Assembly: GCA_043228905.1 (NCBI GenBank)
Contig: JBHGNT010000012.1
Location: 17,732,001 to 17,796,000 of the forward strand
Length of the DNA stretch: 64,000 nucleotides
Reading direction: 5' to 3'
DNA from: Azolla caroliniana
Taxonomy: Eukaryota > Plantae > Polypodiophyta
Shown: in pieces, positions 34,600 to 49,762 of the stretch
Layout of the letters: each line of letters opens with the position of its first letter
Numbering within the stretch: the first letter of the stretch is position 1
The notes under the pieces: generated by a model
The model's database searches: none
What the model saw: only the letters and a program-made list of their open reading frames with translations
What the model was told of the DNA's origin: nothing
Program-made: the position numbers and the translations under genes

Positions 34600-37462
34600 T
34601 ATATTGTTATTGTGTACTTTTATAAAGACTTTAAGTGTAGACTCTAGAATTTGTTTGGAAATCTGTATTTTAAGAGAGAAGTCATAGATTATACGAACAT
34701 TTTTTCTTTGCATTCAATCATTGAATTTCAGAGGAAGAGTTCTAAAAGGATATTTTTTAATCAACATATTGCAAAATGTAAACCGTGTGTTGAGCAAGAT
34801 GGGACTAATGCATGTGGTAAAACTACATAAACTTTGTGGTGACATGAAATTTGGGGCGTTGTAGCATGAAGGATAATCAACATGCAACTTGCCTTATCTT
34901 ACATGCAGATGTATAATCTATTGTGTTGCTTACAACCCACTCCCCATACATTACAACTTTGTGTTGTTTGAAATCGACTTGTCGGATGAGCCCTTCCACC
35001 TTGGATTGGATGTTATCTAAATGACGGAGCAATGAATCCTTCCACCTCTGATTGGATGTTATCAAAATGGAGCAAAGAAACGTCCACCTCCTCTTGGAGA
35101 TTGTGACAAAATGATCAAATTTTTGAAACTAAGTGTTGAATTTACACGGTATGCTATTAAACAAGCTCAAAAATAGTTTGATAATAGTCTCTAGTCTACG
35201 CAAAATATGTAACTTGGTGGTCTTTCTTGCCATGTTCCCATGAAAAACTTGAATCTACAACATCATGGAGCTCAAAAGTCCACCCCTAGAGAAATTTGTT
35301 TCATGCCTTCATATGTGTGGTTTTGTTATCATCTGCTTTGTTGGATATAGATCAATATTATATATTGTGTAGAGAAAGAATGACAAATATATCTTTTTTC
35401 TTCAATCACACAATGTTGAAGACATGTATGAGTTCATATAGATGTTTGGTGCATAGACATTTTTCTTTCTACAAAAATAGGACCCCACAGATATGAATTG
35501 TCTATTGACATTCGCCAATCACTAATTGAATATTACTAACTAACAATGCTCATCAAATGATGACGAGTAGAGGAGACTCTTGGGTGCATTGTCATCAAAA
35601 TTTAACACCCTATATGGTGGTCTCCCCCAATATGCCCATATAATTGCATTTGCCATATGGTAGAAAAACTATACTAAGATTGCCTATTCAATAACGAATG
35701 TGATACTCATAATGTATAATGATGAAGTTTATCACAAACTATTTGAAATAAATCTTGCCTAGTGGTGAACATGTTTAAATGGCACAATAACCAACATTAT
35801 GAATGTGCCATTGAGTGTTTTAAGTTGATGAAAATACCACTTCCACTCCATGCAATGATAACTTATAAGGCGGACTTTGGCTATAGTTTCACAACACCAA
35901 CACATTAAAGATGGGAGATTCTTTTTCAAGGCAATGTGGAGAAGGATACCTAAAACAAATTGTTCACATGACAAAAGATTGTTGACGCAACATTGGATGT
36001 TATGTCTCAACTTTGGGCATCATTAACTTGGATATCCATCCTTATGTCAATGAGCTTTTGGTTTGAAGGCCACACTCTATTCTTCTTATCATATAAGTTA
36101 CCATTCAATACCATAAGTCTCAGGGTCTAATGTACAATTGGACTGCAAGAACATGATTCTTGTTTATTAGTTTCCACGGAATACCACAATCAATATGTAT
36201 TGTTGAAAGGAAATTTGATTTGATAGGTCTTGCATTAATTGAGGTTTATATGCATGTTATCGTAGGAGTTACTTTCATTTGATGTATTAAGTCTTACAAC
36301 ACATTGAGGGTGTACCTTGCCATAAAGATCTTGAGTTTTCTACATGTCTAACAAGGAGGTTTTGTAGTGTAGTGTTGTTTACAACATACATACATATCCT
36401 ACTTTTACAAAGAAAAAGACAGACTACAATGAACATATTTGAACAACCCTCTAGACGAATTTATCCCACTTGGTGACAAGGTAATTGAGAAAACCAAAAG
36501 AAGTGAGATAGGCAAAAGCGATGAGACGAGGGATGTATAAATTAAAGAACAAAAGCTCGATTTGAACATGCCCCAATACTCTTTACTTCCTTATACACAC
36601 ACACACACACCAAAGTTCTCGAAAAGAGTTGCACTTCTCCATAAAAACCATACTTGGGCTCGTGTTCCTAAATTCATGTGCACCTACTTGAATCGATTGT
36701 AATAATTATGGAATTGTACATCATACTCATTTCCTTAGAAGAAACGCGTGAAACTCAAGAGTTCATAAATGGCATTCAAATGTCCATAAAATGCTTGCAT
36801 TGGATGTGTGTACTTGGTTAAGATGAACTATATTAGAAAACTCATGCAAGAATTCCAACAACCTTTTCGAGTGGATTATACTTGTTTTGATCCGATCTAA
36901 AGGTGTCTCCGAGAAAGTATTCGTAACATTTGAAAGGCGTCTTGAGTCACTATTCACATAGCAAGACAATCCCAAATTTACGTAAAATAAAAAGACAATG
37001 CTTCGCTCTAATGTACTAACTTGGCTTTTAAGATAACTTTTCAAAACAATGTACTTGCTAACTCAGTGCAAAGCTTGTTAAGAGAGGGAGTAATGTTTTA
37101 AAAAGGAGTGATAGCGTGGCCCCATTGGCAAAGGAGGTGTGAGATTGGTGGGAAGATCTAAAGCCATTGAATGAGTTAGGTAACCCTCTCTACTACTACA
37201 TTGTCCCATGTTTTAACATCACAATGTGCGGATCTTCCACGCTCTTCATTCAGGCCCCTTCATGTAATATGAATCCAACCACACTTGTCTTCGGATGGAA
37301 CACTGACCAACACTTCGGTTCGATTCGGGCGTGGTTGGCACATGGACTTTAATGCTAGCAAAACCATCATCAATAAACACTAGACTATGCCTCCCCTCTC
37401 TCCTCCCCAAGCTTTCTTTTTATGCATCAATGTCTGATGGTTGGTTGGCATATGTGCATTAA

Positions 37463-38009
37463 TAACAATTTGCATGGTTCGGTTTGAGAGTGTCAAAACC
37501 AAACCGTTTTTAAAATTTGAAACTTGAACCGAACCACAAAACCATTAAAACTGAAACCGTTACAAAAAATCCAAACCATTAAACCGTTAAAACCATGATT
37601 TCGTGGTTCGGTTTCGGTTTTCAAGTTAGGTCAAAATTCAAAATTTCAATTTGATCTTAAAAATTTAAAAATTTTTATTTTTTCAAATTTTAAATTTTCA
37701 AAAATTTAAAGTTTTTTCCTAAAATGTGAGAATTAGGCTTAAAAATGAAAAGGTTGTTCAAAGTATTAAAAAAAATAATCAACTGGCATCCCTAAGCCAT
37801 CAAACTGTTTTTAACTGAATCATTCACCCCCAAACCGAATCGTTCACCCCCCCCAAACCTAACCGAAACTGAATCGTTAAAAAAAACTTGAACTTGAACC
37901 GAATCATTCACTCCCCAAACCGAACCGAAACTGAATCGTTAAAAAAAACTTACATGAACCGAACCGAGCCGAACCGTTTAAACCGTTAAGCTGCGGTTCT
38001 GCATTGTTA
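37463..38009. mobile_element. Probable non-autonomous DNA transposon with AACCG subterminal repeats
   Basis: Clusters of AAACCG/GAACCG near both ends around an AT-rich core; weak TIR TAACAAT..GCA; GCATTAAT near both flanks. Confidence 0.5.
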
Positions 38010-39030
38010 GCGGCATTAATGCCATCAAAACCCAGGATCATCATCAATAAACATGAGATGTGGTACGAGCGATTCGACCTCGATCGCAGGGGGGAGCAAA
38101 AGATCGATCGATCACACACACACGTGGCGTGAAGGAGAAAGAGCGGGAGCCTGGAGGCGAGGGATGGGTGGGGCGGGCGTATGGACGGACATAAGGACGG
38201 ATGGACGGGCAGGGTTTGGCAAAAGGTATTGAATTGCCAAGCCCCCTCCCCTCATGAATGGATGGATGGTAGGTGACATAATATGAACCATACGCGCATT
38301 CGCATTCGAGTATGTTAAACAACCCTCGAAGTATGGTAAATAACATACGTTTGTATCCATTTTTATGATAAGGTAAAAAAAGAAATTTCACGGTAAAAAA
38401 GTGTAAAGAAAAAAAAAACATAAGAATGTTATGACAACATACGCATTCGTTTGAAAAAAGAATGTTTGCCCATGCATTGGAGTATGTTATTTATCTATGG
38501 TAGGTGTATCTAACACAAAATGGGAGTGTGATGGCATGGCATCTACATACATATATTCATGATTCTGAATCATGAATATGGGGAATTGGAGGACTGTTGA
38601 ATTCCCATGAAATTCCATGAGATCTAATCTTAAGAAGACAGACAGAACAGAACAGAACAGAACAGAACAGAATAGAGCAGAACAGACTGACTGACAGAAG
38701 AGAAAGAAAAGGTATATGTAGATGGATCATGGATAGAAAGAAAGAAAGAAAGAAAGAAAGAAATAGAGAGAGAAAGATGTGGGTTGCATGGGCCATGAAG
38801 AATGCATGAAAGAAAAAGAGACAGGCAGAGAAAACCAGAGAATAGGAAAGGGAGGAAAGAGAGCTTCTTCTTCTTCTTCTTCTTCTTCTCTTTGAAGAAG
38901 CTTTTCTTGGGTGTTTTACATAAATCAACTGTACAGCTCTTGCTCTGTTTCCTCCAAGAAGTTGGAAAAAAACTCTTCTTCATTCTGATTCCATCACCAC
39001 CACCAGCCATCCAGCCATCCATCCTCAGCA

Positions 39031-42000
39031 ATGGAAACTTCTCAGGCTATACCACACTCCTTCACTTCCTTTGATGGCCTCAAAGGACGCAGAAATCCAC
39101 ACCCTGCATCTCACCTCCCTCCCACCAAGCTCATGAAACAAATGGGTATATTTCTCTTTCTTTCTTCTTTTCTGCTCCACTGTAATAATTTCTTGTGAAA
39201 TTAGCTTTCTGGCTCTGTCTGTCTTTCTCTTGCTTGCATCTAATTGTTCGGGTTTGTTTATTGTTGCATTAATTTTTTTAATGTTTGGATATGCTGGTAG
39301 CTTTAATTTAGAAGAAAGACATGGAAAAACAACCTGAATCCTCATACTCACTTTCTTTGCAGAAATTCATGTACTCACTTTCTTTTTTGCATCAAATCTG
39401 AGCATGAATTGTTTGTATACAGTATATGTACATACATATCAGACATGCATGTATACGTATTCATAACATACTGACATCATATGTTTGTTTGTATATTGAT
39501 GTATGTATTGTAACATGTATGCGTACATGAACATTTGTACTGCTACAGAACCATGCTGATGTGCATAATGTGTTTTTATTGTATATGTGCATGTATGCAT
39601 ACATGTGCACTGTTTAACATTTGTACTGCTACAGAACCATGCCGATGTGCATAATGTGTTTGTATTGTATATGTGCATGTATGCATACATGTGCATTGTT
39701 TAACATTTGTACATTCTTACAAATACACACATAGTTTTAAGTATTATTGCATGTGGGTTATGCATGGTCTCTTTACAATACATGTATGCATACATGTGCA
39801 CTGTTTAACATTTGTACTGCTACAGAACCATGCCGATGTGCATAATGTATTTGTATTGTATATGTGCATGTATCCATACATGTGCATTGTTTAACATTTG
39901 TACATTCTTACAAATACACACATAGTTTTAAGTATTATTGCATGTGGGTTATGCATGGTCTCTTTACAATACATAAATCTATTGATTTGTGCATGCATTG
40001 TATATATACATGTGCACATACATGTGTATATTTGATATGTAGGTATGTGAGTGACCAGTGTAGTAGAGATGCTAAGAAAAAACACGCTTAATGATTTTTC
40101 TTGCTTTCAGATCCAAGAAACAAGAGTAGATGCACCACAATTGCAGCTTCTTCTGCCGTGTCTGCTCCAAAGAGAGAGACAGATCCAAAGAAACGAGTGG
40201 TTATCACAGGCATGGGGCTTGTGTCTTGCTTTGGGAATGATGTGGATGCCTTCTATGATTCTCTACTCCAAGGAAAAAGTGGTGTGAACTATATTGATCG
40301 GTTTGATGCTTCGACCTATTCCACCACATTCGCAGGACAAATCAAGAACTTCTCATCCGAAGGATACATTGATGGGAAGAATGATAGAAGACTCGATGAT
40401 TGCTTGAGATATTGCTTGGTCAGTGGAAAACGGGCTCTTGAAAATGCCGATTTAGGAGGAGAGAAGCTTGATAAGGTATCTTAAAGATCTTGTGCAGTGC
40501 ATGCATATATTTAAGAAAACTTAAATGCTAAAAATTCTCATTTTTTTACTTTTTCAAGCATAGAAAAGAAAAATATTGTTAATGATTCATGCAATTCAGG
40601 TGAACAAGCAACGGGTCGGTGTGTTAGTAGGATCAGGGATGGGCGGATTGTCTGTCTTCTCGGATGGTGTGAAAGCCTTGGTGGAGAAAGGATACAAGAG
40701 GATCACACCTTTCTTTATTCCGTATTCCATTACAAACATGGGATCTGCACTATTAGCGATAGATCTAGGGTTGATGGGACCGAACTACTCTATTTCCACA
40801 GCTTGCGCAACTGCAAACTATTGTTTTTATGCTGCAGCCAATCACATAAGAAGAGGGGATGCTGATATAATGATAGCGGGGGGTACGGAGGCAGCGATTA
40901 TCCCCATTGGTTTAGGTGGTTTCATTGCCTGTAGAGCCTTGTCTTCAAGGAATGATAGCCCTCAAACAGCATCCCGCCCTTGGGATAAAGACCGTGAAGG
41001 TTTTGTGATGGGAGAAGGAGCTGGAGTACTGGTAGGGTAACACATACATGTTTTTACTTCAAACATATTTTTTCTCTCATTGTTCTTTTGTATAATTCCT
41101 CTTGCTGTTTATCATTCATATAGATTTGAATGCATGTTCTCTCATGTAATTATATATTTTCTCCTCTTCTCTCATTTTTCTTGATACAATTTGTTTCGGT
41201 CACCCTTTCTCACTGCTCTCAATGATGAAGGTTATGGAGAGCTTGGAGCATGCGATTAAGAGAGATGCTCCTATATTTGCTGAATACCTTGGAGGTGGAG
41301 TCACTTGCGATGCTCATCACATGACGGACCCTAGGGCTGATGGCTTGGGTGTATCATCATGCATCGAACAAAGTCTCAATGATTCTGGAGTCTCACCCGA
41401 AGAGGTGATACCCTAAACCCTTGAGTATGAAATTTAAGTTGATTTTGGTATTAACCCATATGCATATATGCAACTTTGAGTTGTTTGCTTGACATGTAAC
41501 AGTATGTATATATATTCCTCGGGTTTGCTTATGCAACTTAATTTATTTCATTAGTCTAGTGAAGTACATTTCTTCTTGGGTTTATGACCAGGTAAATTAT
41601 ATAAATTGCCATGCCACATCTACACTTGCTGGCGATCTGGCCGAGGTTAATGCACTTAAAAAGGTCTTCAAAGAGTCGGCTGATATCAAAATCAATGGCA
41701 CAAAGGTTCTTTTATTTTTCTCTTCTGTTGTGCTTCCCATCTGTTCACATACTTTTATCTTTTGTAAACTATGTTTATGTATGTGTGTAATGGTGATTGG
41801 GCAGTCAATGATTGGACATTGCTTGGGAGCAGCAGGAGGGATAGAAGCCATTGCTACAATTAAGGCAATAACCACTGGCTGGATACACCCTACGATTAAT
41901 CAATTTGTAATGAGTCTTATCCTTTTCTTTTTACTTATTAACTTATATCCATATCCCCACAAAATGCAACTGCGCTTCATATATGTATTTACCAAAGCAA

Positions 42001-42341
42001 AATTCCACTCTTATTTGTGTTGGTAGAATCCTGAGCCTGCTGTGACGTTCGATACAGTCCCCAATGTGAAAAAGCAGCATGAGGTCAATGTTGGTAAGAA
42101 GAAATGCCCCCCTACTCTGTTTTCAAGTATTAAAAAAAAGAAAATTCCATTTCTTTTGTCATCTAATCTCATGTTTTTGGATTAGATCCCTTATTAATGA
42201 GCTAGACAGATTGAGATTGAGACTTCATTTTCATCGAACATTGATTACCAAAATCTTTTTAAAACCTTTGCTGCAGGTATTTCCAACTCTTTTGGGTTTG
42301 GAGGCCATAACTCTGTAGTTGTATTTGCTCCTTATCGATAA
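39031..42341 (+). CDS. KASI: Plastid 3-oxoacyl-ACP synthase I; exons 39031-39145, 40111-40475, 40600-41031, 41231-41404, 41592-41705, 41805-41906, 42027-42093, 42277-42341
   Basis: Transit-peptide-like N-terminus (SFDGLK); APKRETDPKKRVVITGMG; catalytic STACAT, INCHATST and GHCLGAAG; C-terminal SNSFGFGGHN; all introns GT-AG and in frame. Confidence 0.96.
39525..39975. repeat. Complex tandem duplications in KASI intron 1
   Basis: AACATTTGTACTGCTACAGAACCATGC x3, nested within a larger ~190-bp duplication. Confidence 0.85.
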
Positions 42342-43559
42342 GCGTTACATATCTCCAGATGATTTAACGCACTATTAAGGATTTTGTTTCATTGAAGGTG
42401 GCAAGAGTTTTTTCTATACAAATAGACAGACAAAGTATAGGAAGGGATTCCGACGAAAAAGATCCACTTCCCCATTGTTACTCCAATTTTGTTACAGATA
42501 TGGGCACAGGAATGATTTCCTTATAATTTCTCACAATATTTATGTGTTTATCCTTCTTTCTTTGCACGATATATATTTTTGTTATCTCATCTCCAGAGAA
42601 AAAGAATAATTGAATTGGGCTATTTATCAAAACCGTGTGCATATTGACAATTTGCATAAAAATAGCATATTGCTTCAGAGGGGAGTTATTCCTATCCATC
42701 TACCTGATTCTTATTGAAGCCCATTTATAATACACCTAATTGCAATTTATAATTGAAAATTTATTAAATGTTTGGAGTTTACGCTCTTTCATTTGTTCTA
42801 GAATTGGACTTGGTATGAAGAAATCTTTGTTCCTTTTGCACCTTCTTTGATAATGTAATTATGGTGGGTTATATGTAGTTCGAGCCATTTTAAAAACTTT
42901 GGAAATCAATACTTAGCAACAATTGTATTGAATGTCATGCAGACCTCTTTTGAGCATATGTAATCTTGGTTATAAAAGACAGATCATGAGGAAAAGCAAG
43001 AATTAGAGAGCTACAAAAGAATGAAGGACATGCTCCAATGCAATAAGACATTCCATAGCTGAGCATAAGCAAGATATGCTCATAATGATAATGTAAGACA
43101 AAGTCACAGAATCTAAGCCATGAAGAGAGGATCGGGCAAGGTGACATGTCACAAAATCTAAACCATGAAGAGAGATGATTGTCCAATGTTAGAGAAGTCA
43201 CAAAATCTAAACCATGAAGAGAGGCGATTGTGTAAGGTGACATGCCATCGTATTTGTCATTTGAATTGGTGTGTGGGGTGGTTTGAGTTCATCGTATTTA
43301 GAGACCAAGAGCTCTAAAGTGTATATAGAGACCCAAAGCTCTAAAGTTTGTTGCAAGTTAGTCATGGTAGCATTATCTTTCATACTGAAAGACATTATTT
43401 ACAAAAAAATGAAAAGAAATGGAAAACCCAATGGTTAAGAAGAGAATGTCAAATCATTTGGCTCTCTACTAATAATTAAGTCAAAGGTTTCCAATTATGA
43501 GGAGAAAAAATGTCAAATGATGGGAGCATATATGTCAATCTTTGAGTTAGAACAAGGGT

Positions 43560-44350
43560 AAACACCAAACCACATTCATTGAACTGTACTTAGCTTCTTA
43601 TTGGTGGCATGCTCACATTAGTTCCTCTTGGATGGGGAGCATTTTGGCTATCCTTGTTTTTGTCTAAAGCTACTTTCATCTCTCTAAGTCCGGTTCTCTA
43701 GAACCTTTTCCTTTCCGTAAACCCTTTTCTTCTTTAGCCGGTTAATATACATCTTCTTATTGTAGAAAACTATATCATTGTTCAGGATCATGGTTCAAGT
43801 TGTTGGAACCCACATTTGATACCCAAACTTGGCGTTGGGTTCATTGCCGAAAAAGTATATTTTCTTGACTTTGGGTCCAACTTTTGGTGTAGATATTTGG
43901 GCATGTGGACTTCACAACCAAGCGTCTACATGTGATAATATTGCAAGGCCTTTTTGCACCAAAGGTCTTGCGCTACTTGCTAACCCTTAGTTTGCTTGGA
44001 GAACTGTCGATACGACTTCCACCCAATGTTCAAATTTGTGTTGCAAAATTGGAAGGACAAAATCCTAGATTGTTTATTCATCCAATCAACAATATTATTA
44101 TGAGTTGATCTTTGTATACCAACCAACTATCATCGGATAGCTCAAATTTCACAAAAGTTAGATTTCATTCTAATTGAATCCCCCCCCCCCCCCCCCCACA
44201 TTGTTCAATCAGAGGGCGTTCGTCTCCACTCTTCCATTTCCACAACACCCAACCATACCTTTGCCATAGCAAAGGTCTCATCCTTGCTCTTTAGTATGCA
44301 TGCTTGAATATTTCTTGTGGTGTTGTTGATGAATGTCTCAAAGAGTTATG
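43560..44350 (-). mobile_element. Highly decayed Copia integrase C-terminal fragment
   Basis: Minus strand reads ..TLGCEVHMPKYLHQKLDPKSRKYTFFG..FGYQMW..DIVF. Confidence 0.6.
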
Positions 44351-44586
44351 TTTCATCTAGTGAGTGAATGGTCATTGGTCTACTGACAATATAGTATACA
44401 AACTTTTTGGGTTTATAATGGATTTTGCATGCACATTGTGGATATTCAATGTCTTCTTTCCAATTTTGTGGTGTTCTCAGAAATAGAAGTTGGAATGTGA
44501 CAAAGAAAGCATATAACTAAAGCTCTATTACACCTTCATTCTAGTTTATGCCATATGTCCTAATTTGCCATGCTAGATGCTCACAT

Positions 44587-47500
44587 TGTTACACTTACGT
44601 GTTCCTCGAGTAGCTTTGATGTGAACCTTTTCCCTATACGTGGGCACTTTTTACTCTAGTGCTAGCTAGAGGTTTTTTCCCCATGTTACCACATACATGA
44701 CTCACTCATATGTGGTGGTACTTAGTACTTAGGGATATATATTTCAACTCTTACTAGTTTTGAGTTATTCATCAATAGAGAGAGCTATTCCAGCCATTGT
44801 CTTCTTTGTGTGAGTGCTTATTGTGTGTGCTTCTAGTGTGTCTCCCAATCTTCCACATACACCCAACAGTGGTATCAGAGCGAGTTCTTAATCCTCTCCA
44901 TCTTCAGTTTTCCGCGTCGCGGACAATGCAAATCAACTTCCGAATATAGAGAAGTGATTTTCAGCACTTTGAGAGCATTTCCCTCAGGTGCCCTGCTATT
45001 TACCCCCATTTTGAAGTCGTTTGTGTAGTCAAAATCGCCATCCGAGTGACGGTTTATGAGCTGAAATTTCAGCTCTCATTTCCGATTTCGTTGAGGTAAG
45101 ATTTTACCATTTTCTTGTTCTTTGGTGAAATGGCTAACAATAGTGACTTGTTTGGCATGCTTCAAGCTGAGGATAAGCTTGATGGGACTAACTATCCAAT
45201 GTGGTCCTACATGATGAAACACGTACTTGTTGCCAAAGAACTATGGAACATAGTGGTAGATGCAGATCGGCGTCCCGCCAGTCCTTCTACTTCACAGTCT
45301 ATTGTCACAGATACAGGTTCTTCTTCGAGCACAATGACTTCATCTACTCCACCTACTCAGGAGAAACTTAGATGGGATGGAAAAGATGCTCAAGCTCATG
45401 CATTGATTGCACTTTCTGTGAAGCGTCAGATAGTTCCACATATTTAGTCATGCCCTACATCCAAACAAGCATGTGACACTCTTGCTTCATTGTAAGTTGT
45501 GCATAATGAAGCACCTGTTGCATATTTGAGAAAGCAACTTGAGGATGTATATATGGTTGAAAATGAATCGGTAGATGTGTATGTGACATGCATCAAAGAT
45601 TTGAAAGAGAAATTGGCAAACATAGATGAGATCATTCCGAATACATCACTCATCTCTACATTGTTGAAAGGGTTACCCGAATCTTTTCAAAGCTTTGCTA
45701 CTACAATCTGTTTGGTTGCAAAAGGGAATACCGATATGTATGCATTTGATGAGGTTGTGTCTCTTCTTTTGCAAGAAGAACAATCTAGAGTGAATAGAAG
45801 TGGTTTGATAGAGGGAACACAAGCACTTACTATCTCACAAAAGGGAAAAATCAAGTATAGTTCAGCTTTTGGTTCATCAAAACCAAAGCCTCAACCTCCC
45901 GCTTCCACTTATTCCTCTAATGATGGCGATTTGCAAAAGAAGAAAATATGAAAATATTGCCGGAAGGATGGTCATACTATTGATGAGTGTAGAAAGCTTG
46001 TTAAGCGCAATGAGAAGAAGACGGAATCCGGCATGACCATTGTTGAAAATGTTTCATGTGCAAAGAGTGATGAAGCCAACATGGCCCAAGATTATTGGGC
46101 ATGTGTTGTTACATATCATTATGATGCATCATTGCACTCTCAGTGTATGGTTGTAAGTGAGATTGATTCGGATTGGTTCTTTGATAGGGTGCTTCAAAGC
46201 ACATTACTTCATGCAAACATTTTTTTTTCATCCTTGAAAAATGCACCCAAAGGAGGACATGTGGTGTGTGCAAACAATGCCTCCTATCCTATCATTGGAG
46301 TAGGAGAACATGAGCTTACGACTGCAAATGGAGGTGTTGTCATCTTAAAGAATGTATTGTATGTGCCCAGTATCAAGAAGAACTTAATTTCGGTTCCTTT
46401 GATTGCCAAAGCTGGACTTCATGTACATTTTGTTGATGATAAGAGCATGGTTCATGATTTCAGCAATGGCGATGTTATCGTGATGTCCGGTACATTATGC
46501 AATGGCTATATCGCTTGGATACATACAAGAGGGCTGCTCTAAATGCCTTGGCAGTCCATACTTCTTCCATGGTTGAAATGGAGCTTTGGCATGCTCATTT
46601 TGGGCACTCGAACTTCAATAGTTTGCTCCACTTGCAAAAGAAGAATATGGTTATTGGGTTTCCTACACTTGAGTCCATTGAAAAACATGCATGTGAAGGT
46701 TGCATTCTTGGAAAAATGCATCGTGCCCCTTTTCCAAAAGATAGTCATACACACACTACAAGAAAATTACAACTTGTTCATAGTGATGTGTGTGGTCCCG
46801 TGAAGACTCCATCCTTTGGAAAGCATGTATATTTTGTTACCTTCATTGATGATGCTACTCGCCATGCATGGGTGTATCCTATGAAAGCAAAGAATGAGGC
46901 ATTTTCTTGCTTCAAATCATTTTTAGCTATGATTGAAATTTTTTCTGGAAATAAGCTCTTGACTCTACTCACGGATCATGGTGGCAAATACATGTCACAT
47001 GAGTTTAATGCTTTTATTTGTTAATGAGGTATTTCACATCAATGTACGATGCTATATACATCTCCACAAAATGGTGTTGTAGAGCGCAAAAATAGAACAC
47101 TCTTAGAGATGGCACGATGTATGGTTGAAGGAAAGCATCTTCCTAACAAGCTTTGGATGGAAGTGGTTATGTGTGCAAATTATGTGTTGAATCGTTGCCC
47201 TACAAAAGCATTGAGAGTCATTACTCCATATGAAGCTTGGAATGGACATAAACCTATGGTTAGTCATATGCGTGTGTTTGGTTGTTTGGCATATGCTCTT
47301 GTGCCATCACAACAACGTCACAAACTTGATGACAAGGCAAAGAAATGCATATTTGTTGGTTATAGCGCTGAAAGTAAGGGATATTGTTTGTACCATCCAT
47401 TGACAAATACAATTATTGTGAGTCAAGATGTGGTATTTGCTGAAAATTCAGCCTTCCCTTTTCTTGAATGCAAAAAACAACCAACAATTAGCTCACAAAA

Positions 47501-49762
47501 TGTGTTTGATGCACTCATGCCTTTGTTCCAAATTGGTGTGCTTGACTATGGACATGTAGACCAGCCAAGTGAGCTTCAAAGGGCTGAAAATTTCCAGCAA
47601 ATAAGTGCTGAAAATGCACGAAATGTCCAGCCAAACATGGCTGAACATTTGCAACAAAATATGGTTGAAAATGAGCATGAAATTCAGCCCACGCATGATG
47701 TACATATTAAAGATGTATTACATAATGAGCGCATGTCTATCAAGAGTGCACAAACTATGCCAAAGTGGCTAAAACAAACTTTGCAAGATAGCAAATTGAG
47801 TGCACCTTTACTTGGTAGAACAAAATCAAGCTCTCGCCATACATCAAGTAATTTTATGGATTATTCTATTGTTGCAATAGCATGTAATGAGGAACCACTT
47901 ACTTTTGAAGATGCATGTGATGATCCATATTGGATGAGTGCTATGCAATTAGAAATGGATTCCATACATAAGAATGGTACTTGGGAGTTATGTGAATTGC
48001 CAAAAGGAAAGAATGTCATTGGTACTAAGTGGGTTTACAAGATTAAACGAAAGTCTAATGATAGCATTGATCGCCACAAAGCTAGATTGGTTGCCAAAGG
48101 ATATGCACAACAATATGGCATTGATTATGAGGAAACTTTTGCACCTACTTCATGCATGACTACCATTCGTACCGTGGTTGCATTGGTTGACCAAAGAGGT
48201 TGGGAAGTGTATCAGTTGGACATAAAAACAACTTTCTTAAATGGTGATTTGCAAGAAGAGGTTTATGTGAAGCAACCTCCTGGATTTGCTATGAAAGAGA
48301 AAGAGCATATGGTTTGTCGCTTGCATAAAGCCTTGTATGGTCTCAAGCAAGCTCCACGTGCATGGTATGAAAAAATCCATAAGCACTTGATTGCTCTTGG
48401 CTTCATTTGTAGTCCGATTGAAAGCACGCTTTATGCACGCAAAGATGGGGCTGATCTTATAGTGCTCATTCTTTATGTTGATGATATACTCTTGACAGGG
48501 TCATGTGATGCAAAACTTGACATTCTTATGGCTGATTTGTAGCATACATTTGATGTCATTTATCTTGGTCTTTTGAGCTACTATCTTCGCATCCAGTTTG
48601 TATCCGTTGAGGGGGGAATGGTTATGCATCAAGGAAAGTATGTTGAAAAACTACTTCAACGTTTTGACTTTGAGGATTGCAAGCCGGTTTCTACACCTAT
48701 GGAGATAGGATTTAGGTTCTCAATTGAGGATTCTAGTGATGCATTTGATACTTCTCTTTATCAGCAAGTTGTGGGATGTCTTACATATACATGCAATACA
48801 AGGCAAGATATACACTATGCAGTTTCCCAATTGAGTCGATTCATGCATAGCCTTGGCACTAAGCATTGGCAAGTACTGAAACGTGTGTTTAGATATCTCA
48901 AAGGCACTTTGAGCTTGAGTCTCTTTGGTAGAGATACTCAACCATGCTTGCATGTTTTTACCAATAGTGATTGGGCTAGTTGTTACGATACTCGTGTGTC
49001 CACTAGAGGTAATTGCTTTTTCCTTGGAAACTCATGTATATCTTGGTTGAGTAAAAAGAAACCTATAGTGGCAACATCAAGTTGTGAAGCTTAGTACATG
49101 GCAATTTTCACAGCTACAGTGGAGTGTATATGGCTAAGACACCTTTTGATGGATCTTTGCATGGAGATTGATGTTGGTACACATGGTCTCATAGATAGTC
49201 AGAGTGCATTGGCTATTGCACAAAATCCTGTATTTCATGCATAGACCAAACATATTGAGCTGCATTATCACTATGTGAGAGAGCACCTTCATGCAGGAGA
49301 AATTGATTTGGTATATGTGCCTACACAAGATAATGTGGCAGACATATTCACCAAAGCTCTTCCACGAGAAAAGTTTGAAGCTTTTCACAAAGCTTTAGGC
49401 TTATTGCGTTGTGGGGATTGATCTGTCACTCCCTGTACGTGTTCACATAATTTGCTCTAGGGGGGTTTGTTACACTTACGTGTTCCTCAAGTAGCTTTGA
49501 TGTGAACCTTTTCCCTATACATGGGCACTTTTTACTCTAGTGCTGGCTAGAGGTTTTTTCCCCATGTTACCACATACATGACTCACTCATATGTGGTGGT
49601 ACTTAGTACTTAGGGACATATATTTCAACTCTTACTAGTTTTGAGTTATTCGTCAATAGAGAGAGCTATTCTAGCCATTGTCTTCTTTGTGTGAGTGCAT
49701 CTTGTCTGAGCTTCTTGTGTGTGCTTCTAGTGTGTCTCCCACCCTTCCACATACACCCAATA
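44587..49762 (+). mobile_element. Full-length Ty1/Copia element with disrupted ORF
   Basis: LTRs 44587-44868 and 49468-49762 (~10 substitutions plus a 13-bp indel); TSD CACAT; iMet PBS 44870-44881; PPT AGGGGGG; gag ATG 45130; IN, RT (YVDDIL) and RNase H with many stops and frameshifts. Confidence 0.96.

Noticed and set aside
35100-36500. Possible decayed transposase
   Set aside because: Coding-like texture but no recognisable motif
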